Shown: positions 1-7,399 of the stretch, piece after piece
Position numbering within the stretch: position 1 is the first letter of the stretch
Layout: every line of letters starts with the position of its first letter
Made by a program: the position numbers and the translations under genes
Notes under the pieces: model-generated
The model's database searches: none
What the model saw: only the letters and a program-made list of their open reading frames with translations
Told to the model about the DNA's origin: nothing
Source of the DNA: a virus
Virus record (IMG/VR): IMGVR_UViG_3300034072_002191
Span: 16,692-80,691 of that record
Strand: one strand, 5' to 3'
DNA length: 64,000 nt

Positions 1-273
1 GATTGGTTCCCGACGGTGCGCCAGATCGAGGAGCGGCTGAAGGCCTACGTCAGCCCCGAGCAGCATGCGATCAATGTCGCCCGGTACATCCTCCGGAACG
101 GGAAGCGCGAGACGGTGGAGGAGGCATGTGGGCCGGTCACTGACGAGCAGGTCCGGCGGATGAGCGCCGAGCTGCGCCGGATGGGGCTGGGGCTAGGGTA
201 CATCACTCAGGAGCAGCTGGATCGCGTCACGGCGGCCGAAAGGGCGGTGGCGCCGGAGCAGCACGCGGCGTGA
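1..273 (+). CDS. 3' part of an outer-prophage early/replication-region protein (5' truncated by the window)
   Basis: Frame is open from base 1 (DWFPTVRQIEERL...). A WFPT-type motif is common in phage replication/loader proteins. Its stop overlaps the next start (GTGA). Confidence 0.5.
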   Translation, partial: DWFPTVRQIEERLKAYVSPEQHAINVARYILRNGKRETVEEACGPVTDEQVRRMSAELRRMGLGLGYITQEQLDRVTAAERAVAPEQHAA

Positions 274-1010
274 AGGCAGAACAAAGCGTGATTCGAGCGC
301 GGGTTGGGAGTATCGGGGTGGTTGAGATGAGCGGGAACATGGGCACGGCTGGCACCTGGTGCATTCTGCGGACTAGCGGCGGACGCACGGTGCCGTTGGC
401 GCGATCGCTGGCCGCTGCCGGGTTCGATGTCTGGACGCCGGTCCGCACGATCCGCCGCCCGGCGCCGGGGCAGGGGCGTCGCCTGGTGATGGGCCAGCGG
501 CGCAAGCTGATCGACGTGGATCTGGCTATCTTGCCGGGCTTCGTGTTTGCTCGGGCAGATCAGCTCCATGATCTGGTGCGGGCAGCAGGCGCAGAGCCGA
601 GCCCGCACCCCAGCTTCTCGGTGTTCCATCAAGCTGGCCGTGTTCCGCTCGTGCGGGATACCAGCATCATCGGCCTACGAGCAGCGGAGGAAGACGCGCG
701 CGAGCTGCGACGCGCCGAGATGGAGGCCGAGACGCGGGAGGAGGCGCGCCGTGCGCGTGCCGATCGCATGCGCACCGAGAGCAATCGGCGCAAGATGCTG
801 CGTCGTGTGACGAAGGAGCTGCCCAGCGCAACCGAGGTGATGGTCGAGGGGATGCCAGCCTTCGATGGCCTGATCGGCGTTGTGGTGGAAGGCCGCGGCG
901 CCACTGCTGTCGTCGAGTTCGGCGGTTCGTTGCGCATCGAAATCGAGGCTTGGCAGCTGACGCCCACGCTGCTACAAAACGGGAACACTCAGCAGGGTGT
1001 TGCCGCTTGA
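270..1010 (+). CDS. NusG-family (NGN+KOW) transcription antiterminator of the outer prophage
   Basis: NGN motifs WCILRT...GFDVWTP...ILPGFVFA and C-terminal KOW-like VMVEGMPAFDGLIGVV...VVEFGG. It sits at the lambda-Q position before the late operon. True start may be 327 or 339. Confidence 0.8.
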   Translation: MKAEQSVIRARVGSIGVVEMSGNMGTAGTWCILRTSGGRTVPLARSLAAAGFDVWTPVRTIRRPAPGQGRRLVMGQRRKLIDVDLAILPGFVFARADQLHDLVRAAGAEPSPHPSFSVFHQAGRVPLVRDTSIIGLRAAEEDARELRRAEMEAETREEARRARADRMRTESNRRKMLRRVTKELPSATEVMVEGMPAFDGLIGVVVEGRGATAVVEFGGSLRIEIEAWQLTPTLLQNGNTQQGVAA

Positions 1011-1016
1011 GCGGCC

Positions 1017-1021
1017 TCGGG
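1017..1021 (+). repeat. 5-bp target-site duplication TCGGG (left copy)
   Basis: TCGGG immediately precedes TG at 1022. An identical copy lies at 37344..37348 after CA. Confidence 0.9.
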
Positions 1022-1068
1022 TGAAGCGTGACACGTGAAGCCGGAGTCTTTGACACAACTCCCCGGAG
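1022..1068 (+). repeat. Mu right end (attR): two transposase-binding repeats TGACAC-N7-CGGAG
   Basis: Copies at 1029..1046 and 1051..1068 (22-bp period). The first lies 7 nt in from the terminus, mirroring the site at the other end. Confidence 0.8.
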
Positions 1069-1126
1069 CATTCCAACGTCCGCTTAGAAGCGCCCGAGCC
1101 GCCGTTGAGCAGCTCCATAGCCGCCC

Positions 1127-1921
1127 CTAGAACGCCGCCGCTTCGTCCGCGCCCCAATCCTCGATCCGCAGTTCCCAACGGGTGCGCCCTTTGCTGGCGC
1201 GCTCATATTCTCGGGCCTGGCGAAAGATGCCGTAGTGAACCCGGCGCCGAAGGCCGGCAGTCCTGTCGGGGTCCTCCACCACCAGTAGCGGCCTGCTCTC
1301 GCCACGATCCAGCGAGATCTCGAATAGCGTGTCGACCTCGTCGTCGGTCAGGTCGCCAAGCGTCCAGGCCCACGAGCTTTTCCGCACGCCCTCGACAACC
1401 GCGAACCCGCCATCGGGAAGCGAGGTGACGGAGCCGGTGTCGATCGCGCGCCGTCCGCTGCCCCATTCGTGCCCCCAGCTCGGGGTGAAGGAGCGACCGA
1501 CCATGAGGACGCCTGCAGATAGCGCGGGCGAGCCGGCAGGCTGCGCCACGGTGAGCCTGACATACCGAACGCTCGCCGTGGTCGCGTCGCCGAACCAGAG
1601 GGCGTGGCTTAGCGCTGGGAAGCGGCCGGCGACGTCAGGCACCCGAAGCGCGGTCGAGCTGGCGATGGAGACGCTGGTATAGTCGGTCGTGCCCCCTGTG
1701 ATCGTCCAGGTCGCGGCAGCGGCCGCCGGTTGAAGGTAGCCAAGGAAGATCGTGTTGATCGTCCGAACCTGGCCGAGATCGAGATCGAGCGTCACGGCGC
1801 CAGTCGCTGTGTCCATCCACACTTCTCGTGGATCTGGCGTCAGGAGGTTCGCCACGCCCGACCCTCGCGAGGTTGCGACGGCAGCGATCGGCATCGGCTG
1901 CAGGATCAAAAGGTTCTTCAT
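1127..1921 (-). CDS. Tail-tip/distal-tail-like structural protein (last Mu gene)
   Basis: 264 aa, beta-rich. Translationally coupled to the upstream gene and last in the tail operon. Confidence 0.6.
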   Translation of the reverse strand: MKNLLILQPMPIAAVATSRGSGVANLLTPDPREVWMDTATGAVTLDLDLGQVRTINTIFLGYLQPAAAAATWTITGGTTDYTSVSIASSTALRVPDVAGRFPALSHALWFGDATTASVRYVRLTVAQPAGSPALSAGVLMVGRSFTPSWGHEWGSGRRAIDTGSVTSLPDGGFAVVEGVRKSSWAWTLGDLTDDEVDTLFEISLDRGESRPLLVVEDPDRTAGLRRRVHYGIFRQAREYERASKGRTRWELRIEDWGADEAAAF

Positions 1922-2286
1922 GCCGCCAGCTTCCTTAGAACGGTGACCGTGGAAAGGCCGGTCGCCAAGTTGTCGGCCGCACCGAGCACGAACACGTCGA
2001 CGCCATTGTCGTAGCCCAGGCGGCCGATCTGGAGCGTGATCACCTGGCCGCGATAAGCCTGCCAGCGGCCTTTCAGGATATGCTCATCCATCACTAAGGG
2101 ACCGCTCAAGAACGCGAGCTGGCGGGCAGCTTCGGTTGCAGCGGCGGACTTGAAGGCGATGCTCGATGCGCGCTCCACCGTGAGTGCGTCTGCGCCCCAA
2201 AGCGCGGCGCGGGTGGTGTCCTCTGCCACCACCCACAGCTCCTCCGATTGAAGCCATTGCGCAAACAGGGGATCGACCGAAGCCAT
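1918..2286 (-). CDS. Tail protein, probably the detached C-terminal part of the tail hub protein
   Basis: 122 aa with AATEAARQLAF...GQVITL...RLGY...V.VLG pattern typical of hub C-termini. Coupled to neighbouring genes. Confidence 0.55.
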   Translation of the reverse strand: MASVDPLFAQWLQSEELWVVAEDTTRAALWGADALTVERASSIAFKSAAATEAARQLAFLSGPLVMDEHILKGRWQAYRGQVITLQIGRLGYDNGVDVFVLGAADNLATGLSTVTVLRKLAA

Positions 2287-2289
2287 CGG

Positions 2290-2544
2290 TTAGCGGTTCG
2301 CTTCGGTTTCGAGGTTGTACATCACGCTGAGGACGGAGCTAAGCTGAACAAGCAGCGGGCTCATCGGCGCCTCGGTGGCGACGCCCGACATGGCCCGCCC
2401 GAGCGCGGTCTTGGTGGCCGCATATGCGTCGCTGCCGATAGCATCGAGCACCGCCTGCTTCCAGGCCGGCACCGGCGTCGGCGCGGGTTGGGGAATCGGA
2501 AACGGATCGATGGAGCCGTTCGGCACCTCATTCTCTTCGGCCAT
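2290..2544 (-). CDS. Small hypothetical protein of the tail-fibre cassette (possible chaperone)
   Basis: 84 aa, RBS-like AAGGA upstream. Positional equivalent of 59170..59496. Confidence 0.55.
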   Translation of the reverse strand: MAEENEVPNGSIDPFPIPQPAPTPVPAWKQAVLDAIGSDAYAATKTALGRAMSGVATEAPMSPLLVQLSSVLSVMYNLETEANR

Positions 2545-2583
2545 TCTACTCTATCCTTTCAGACGTTGATCATCGGTACGCAG

Positions 2584-3279
2584 TTACATGCCAGTCAGGT
2601 CGACCAGCCAAAATCGCCATTGCTTGTAGACCTGCTGCCCCGGTTCACCCGTGGTCGGGCCGCTCATGACATCGCGGTTCACCGACTTGACGCCGGCATT
2701 CGCAGCGTCGGTGTATCCGCCGAAAATATATGTCCGATAGCGTCCGTTGCCGAGATCGGAGACGAAGAAGCCACGGTCTGCCAGAAGCACGCCGTACTTC
2801 TTACCGCCTGGGACCGGCTGCAGGTTGTCGATCGAAGCCAAGTTCGAATAGCCGGGCGGCAAGATGGCGAGCGGGCGGCGGATATCGTCGAAGATCAGTT
2901 TCCCGGCCGCGTCGAAGCACTCGAACGTCGCCTCGCTAGATCTGTCCCCCGGGTGCCTCCCGAAGAGGTACAGATCGCAGCTACCAGCCTTGAGCCCGAC
3001 AAACCGCAGGGTGTTGGCGCTCGACGCGATCGCCGTGGCGCACTTGTCCCCGGTGATGACGACGATCGGCGCCTCGGCCAAGCCCAGGCCGCCAACCTCC
3101 ACCCATTCAATCGGCTGCTGCGTCGTCGTGTTCAGGAAGGGCGGCGAAGTTGAGGACGTGGTGGAAATCGTCGTGCCGGCGTTCGGGCCGACCGAGACCT
3201 TCTTCAGGAAGACATAGGGGGATTGGTCGACGCTGAACATCAGCCGCCCCGCGCCGTCCCACACATCAAGGTAGCTCAT
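2584..3279 (-). CDS. Tail-tip accessory protein
   Basis: Start MSYLDVWDGAGRLMF overlaps the upstream stop (ATGA). Internal repeat FECFDAAGKLIFD. Similar to 58389..59159. Confidence 0.7.
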   Translation of the reverse strand: MSYLDVWDGAGRLMFSVDQSPYVFLKKVSVGPNAGTTISTTSSTSPPFLNTTTQQPIEWVEVGGLGLAEAPIVVITGDKCATAIASSANTLRFVGLKAGSCDLYLFGRHPGDRSSEATFECFDAAGKLIFDDIRRPLAILPPGYSNLASIDNLQPVPGGKKYGVLLADRGFFVSDLGNGRYRTYIFGGYTDAANAGVKSVNRDVMSGPTTGEPGQQVYKQWRFWLVDLTGM

Positions 3280-3572
3280 ATGTACCCGTACTCCAGGATC
3301 ACCGGCTGACGGCTGTCGATGTATGGAGACGGATCGGGCACCCACGACAGGGTGTTGCCCGACAGCGTAAACTTCGGCTGATAGCTGGTCGCCACGGCAT
3401 TCGAATTGTTCACGAAGTAGACGGGCGAATAGGTCGCCCACTCCGCGACGGTGATGCTGCCGGCGTCATTCGGGCCGATATTCACCCGCCCGATGAACTT
3501 CATGTTGAAGACGGAAGCGTCGATCACCAACGCCCCGTCCTTGTTCCACACCTGAAAGCCGCCATCGGTCAT
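3276..3572 (-). CDS. Small tail-tip accessory protein
   Basis: 98 aa MTDGGFQVWNKDGALVID..., typical of genes following central fibres. Similar to 58042..58389. Confidence 0.7.
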   Translation of the reverse strand: MTDGGFQVWNKDGALVIDASVFNMKFIGRVNIGPNDAGSITVAEWATYSPVYFVNNSNAVATSYQPKFTLSGNTLSWVPDPSPYIDSRQPVILEYGYI

Positions 3573-6500
3573 GATGGCGGCCCCATCCGGACGCGCATGA
3601 CGTTGTTCGCATCATAAACCCGCCAGTTGCCGCCGCTGTATTCGGTGCGGTAGCCCCCGGAGGGAGACTCGAAGGTCACCTGGTCGGCACGGAAGCGCAG
3701 GCTGCTGAAACTGCCGTTGTTCGCCAGCTTGATCCCGGCGATCCGGCCATTCGCGTCGATATTCAGCACCCACTGGCCGAAGACCTGCGCGACATTGTTG
3801 TTCAGGGTGGTGATCGCCGTCTGTTGCGAGCTGATCGTCACGCCCTGCGTCGAAACCGTGCTACTGAGCGATGCGTATTGCTGGCTCACCGTCGAAAGCG
3901 CCTGATACGTTTGGTAGATGCTGGCTTCAGACGAATAGGGCGTGACCGAGGTCCCGCGCTCCAATTTGATCTGACGAACTGCAGCCCCACTTGTGCCGAG
4001 GTTAGGCGCGCTCGTCATATTTGCAGCGACGAACCGCACGCGGCACCAAGCGGTGCCGGCCGGGGATGTCGCATACATGGCGAGATTCTGCCGGTTCACT
4101 CCTGGAGTGTTCCAAAAGGAAGGCTGCGTCACATTCGGCCCCCAGCTGTGGCCCAGCTCGTTGATCTGGTCGGATGCCGAATAGAAGATCAGTTCGAACC
4201 GGCAGTAAGCATTCGCCGATGCGTTCCAGACGTTCGCGTCCCCCGAGAGAACAAGTACCGCGTTCTGCTCCATTGGGATCAAGCCGCTGTCGAGGATAAC
4301 GATACGCTCCCCGTCAGCGGTGGCGTTCCCCGAGCCCCAGAAGAAGTAGGAGCCCCAGGAGTCGCGAGCCGTACCCCATCCGCCGACCACATCGTGCCAG
4401 CCTTGTGTGTAACCGGCCTCCCCGCTTCCGTTTGGCGCGAGGTTAGGGTTACCCGCGACCAAGCGCTGCGTGATCTGGGCGACATTGCCCTGGAGCGTGC
4501 TGGTTGCCGACTGCAGGGAAGAGATGCTCGACCCTTGCGTGGTCATCTGAGATTGCATGGTCACGCGCTGGCCATCCAGCGTGGAGATCGCCTGATACGA
4601 TTGCGTTAGCGAAACCTCATTGGAATAGACGGTGGGTACTGGACTGCGTTCGAACTTCGCCTGGCGGACCGCGGCGCCGCTCTGCCCGTCGTTGGTCATG
4701 TTGCCGAAGATGATCCGGCAGCGCGCCCACATTGCTTGGGTGTGGTTCGGCGACACGCCCGACACCGCCAGGTTCTTGCGATTCTGCCCCGGCGAATTGC
4801 CGAACCACAGGCCCTGCACCGCAGGCCCGCCGTACACAGGGCCGATCTGCTGCGTCATGCCGGCGTCGGCAAAGAAATACACCTCAAGCCGCGCATAGGA
4901 GTTGCCCGCCGCGTTGTAGGCGCTCGCGTCGATCGTGAAGGTAAACGGCAAGCCGGGATCGAACAGAACCGGGTTGTGGTACAGCACCACCGCCCGCTCA
5001 CCGGAAGTCTGGGCTCCCGAGCCGTTCCACTGCGCATAGCTTCCCCAGACGTTGCCGGAGATGATCGACCAGGCGCCGATCTCCTGCGACCAAGCCCGCA
5101 GGCCGTCCTCAAAGCCGCCGTTGCCCAGCAGGTTGGGGCTCCCCGCCACCAAGCGGGTCTGCACCGTCGCCATGTCGCCCTGTAGGTTGGACGTGGCCGT
5201 CTGAAGCGAGGAGATCGAGGTCGATTGCGTGCCCAGGGTGGTGCTGAGCTGCGCCACCTGTTCGTTCGCCGTCGTGATCGCGGTGAAGGCTTGCGCGACG
5301 GACGCCTCGTTCGTGTAGGGCGTAGCTGCGGCGCCAAGCTCCAGCTTCACCAGTTGGACGGCCACCTGCCCCGAACTGGGCAGGTTCTGGCCAATGATCC
5401 GCACGCGAGCATTGACGGCACCCGCCGGCGCGGTCCCGGTCACCACGGAGCCGAGGCGATTGCCTGCATCCGCAAAGCCGAGCGGGGCGTTGCGAACCGG
5501 CCCGGTCGAGCCGGAGAGGACATTGCCCGAGGCATCGTACCAGAGAATATCGGCATACATCGACGCCCCGGCTCCGGTAACGCGCCCGCGATAGGAGAGC
5601 GTATATTGCCGGCCGACTGAAACCGGCACGAAGTCGCTGACGATGAACGCCGTGGCAGGCGGATTATTACAAAAGGCGGAGCGGCCCTCGGCGTCGGCCG
5701 TAGCTACGCCCCAGGTCCCTGCGCCGGCGCCCCAGTTGGCGAGGCCGTTTTCGAACCCGCCGTTCTTCACCAGGTTCATGTTTCCGGCTTGGACGGTCTG
5801 TGTGAACGTCGCGAGGTTACCCGCCGTCGTAGAGGCCTGGCTGGTGACGTTCGAGATCTGCGTCCCGTAGGTGGTCAGCAGCTGCCCCTGAGACGTGTTG
5901 ATGCCCTCGGCCGAGGTGATCCGCTGCGTCAGATCCGGAATGCTGGTCGTAACCAGGCCGCTCACGCTCCCCTGGAGCTGAGATATGAGGCCCTGGGCTG
6001 TAGCAATGTCCCGCTGCGCCTGGGAGATCGAGGCTTCAAGGGCAGCCCTGGCGGCGGCGACCTGGTCGCGCACCGGTACCACGTTCCCCGATGTGTCCTT
6101 CAGCGCATTGAGGGCCGTGTTGGCCGAGCCCTGCGCGGTGTCGGCGGTGCCCTTCGCGGTATCCGCAGTGGACTGGGCCTGCACCACCGCCGCTTGCAAG
6201 TTCACGACGGTCGAGCCGTCGCCGAACACAACGTCGGTCGCCAGCACGATCCCGGCCAAGGCATCGCGGGTCATGACATGCTGGTTGCGCCGATAGCCAA
6301 GCCGACGGCGCGAGACGGGACGGAAGGTCGCCTTGCGGGTCACATCTACGCTGCGCGCCCGCACCACGGGCGTCCCCCATGCCCATTCGCGCAGAATGAT
6401 CCCGCCGGCATCTAGCACCCACATCAGCGACACATCGCTCAGCAGCGCGTCGAGAGCGGCGGCAGCCGTCCCATTCTCATCCGCCGCGACCCAGCCCACT

Positions 6501-7399
6501 TCGGCCGGCCGGGCCGCGACCGCCGCCGCCACTGTGCCGGCGGCGAAGGGAATGGCGGACACGGTCGCGGCGATGCGTTCGGCAATTGCCGGCGCCGTCT
6601 CGACATAGGTCGCGCCAATCTCGCCCTTGATGTCAGCGCAGAGCGAGCCGGCCGGCTGGGTCCACCACTTCACACAGGCGATCGAGGGGCACACGACGCC
6701 GCCGCCCTGCGGCGCCACTGCCGCCTGAAGCGCCGCCCAGGTGGCCGCGATCGACCCTTGCCAGGCCAGCAGCGTCAGGGTGGCGGCATTGGCCCCCTTG
6801 TCTCGCACGGCCGAAAACTCGGCCCACTGGCGCGAGGGGTCACCAAAGCAATAGATCTGCCGCGCTGCATCGATGCACTCGCCTTCCAAGTTCCACACCC
6901 GGCCCCATGCGCGCCGCTTGATCTTCCCCTGCCACTCCACCGGTCCCTCGATGCCGCCGGTGCCCGCGAACCGCGAGGTAAGGATCGGCTTCTTCAGGTC
7001 TGCCGCCGGGTCGGAAAGGCTCAGTGTCAGCACGCCGTCGTCTGTGCTGACGTCGATCACCTTGCCCGAGGTGATCTCCGCTGGGCTTGGCGCTTCGCCG
7101 AAGCGAACGGTCATCGCCGCGTCCAGCCAGTGTAGGCCGGCGAGCTCCGCCAGCGCGGCCGAGCTGCTTGGCGCCCAGCGTACGGTCATCGCCTGGGGCA
7201 CGCTGCCGCCGCCCAGATCCTTGCCGTCGAACTCGGTGGAGCTGACGATCGTCGGCAGGCCGGCCAGGCCGCGCCGCCAATGCTGCCCCAGATAGAAAGA
7301 GGGCTCGGAGCCGCCGGCGCCGGAGAGCCGCGTCGTCACCACCGCACCCGTCGTGGCCGATCGCGGGCTGGCTTCGATCAGGATAAGGGGGGCGGCCAT
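3569..7399 (-). CDS. Tail hub N-terminal domain fused to a central fibre with three CBM-like repeats
   Basis: 1276 aa, directly after the tape measure gene. Three NL..NG.(F)E.G...K(L/F)E domains separated by coiled-coil linkers. J-type C-terminus (RVYDANNVMRVRMG). Confidence 0.8.
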   Translation of the reverse strand: MAAPLILIEASPRSATTGAVVTTRLSGAGGSEPSFYLGQHWRRGLAGLPTIVSSTEFDGKDLGGGSVPQAMTVRWAPSSSAALAELAGLHWLDAAMTVRFGEAPSPAEITSGKVIDVSTDDGVLTLSLSDPAADLKKPILTSRFAGTGGIEGPVEWQGKIKRRAWGRVWNLEGECIDAARQIYCFGDPSRQWAEFSAVRDKGANAATLTLLAWQGSIAATWAALQAAVAPQGGGVVCPSIACVKWWTQPAGSLCADIKGEIGATYVETAPAIAERIAATVSAIPFAAGTVAAAVAARPAEVGWVAADENGTAAAALDALLSDVSLMWVLDAGGIILREWAWGTPVVRARSVDVTRKATFRPVSRRRLGYRRNQHVMTRDALAGIVLATDVVFGDGSTVVNLQAAVVQAQSTADTAKGTADTAQGSANTALNALKDTSGNVVPVRDQVAAARAALEASISQAQRDIATAQGLISQLQGSVSGLVTTSIPDLTQRITSAEGINTSQGQLLTTYGTQISNVTSQASTTAGNLATFTQTVQAGNMNLVKNGGFENGLANWGAGAGTWGVATADAEGRSAFCNNPPATAFIVSDFVPVSVGRQYTLSYRGRVTGAGASMYADILWYDASGNVLSGSTGPVRNAPLGFADAGNRLGSVVTGTAPAGAVNARVRIIGQNLPSSGQVAVQLVKLELGAAATPYTNEASVAQAFTAITTANEQVAQLSTTLGTQSTSISSLQTATSNLQGDMATVQTRLVAGSPNLLGNGGFEDGLRAWSQEIGAWSIISGNVWGSYAQWNGSGAQTSGERAVVLYHNPVLFDPGLPFTFTIDASAYNAAGNSYARLEVYFFADAGMTQQIGPVYGGPAVQGLWFGNSPGQNRKNLAVSGVSPNHTQAMWARCRIIFGNMTNDGQSGAAVRQAKFERSPVPTVYSNEVSLTQSYQAISTLDGQRVTMQSQMTTQGSSISSLQSATSTLQGNVAQITQRLVAGNPNLAPNGSGEAGYTQGWHDVVGGWGTARDSWGSYFFWGSGNATADGERIVILDSGLIPMEQNAVLVLSGDANVWNASANAYCRFELIFYSASDQINELGHSWGPNVTQPSFWNTPGVNRQNLAMYATSPAGTAWCRVRFVAANMTSAPNLGTSGAAVRQIKLERGTSVTPYSSEASIYQTYQALSTVSQQYASLSSTVSTQGVTISSQQTAITTLNNNVAQVFGQWVLNIDANGRIAGIKLANNGSFSSLRFRADQVTFESPSGGYRTEYSGGNWRVYDANNVMRVRMGPPS

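Noticed and set aside
1072-1090. Third attR transposase-binding repeat
   Set aside because: The sequence at the expected 22-bp period does not match TGACAC-N7-CGGAG.
3280-3441. N-terminal extension of ORF 2584..3441, suggesting a long overlap or frameshift
   Set aside because: ATG at 3279 overlaps the upstream stop (ATGA) and gives a family-typical N-terminus.
1127-7399. Invertible tail-fibre (G) segment
   Set aside because: No invertase, no oppositely oriented fibre genes and no flanking inverted repeats were seen.
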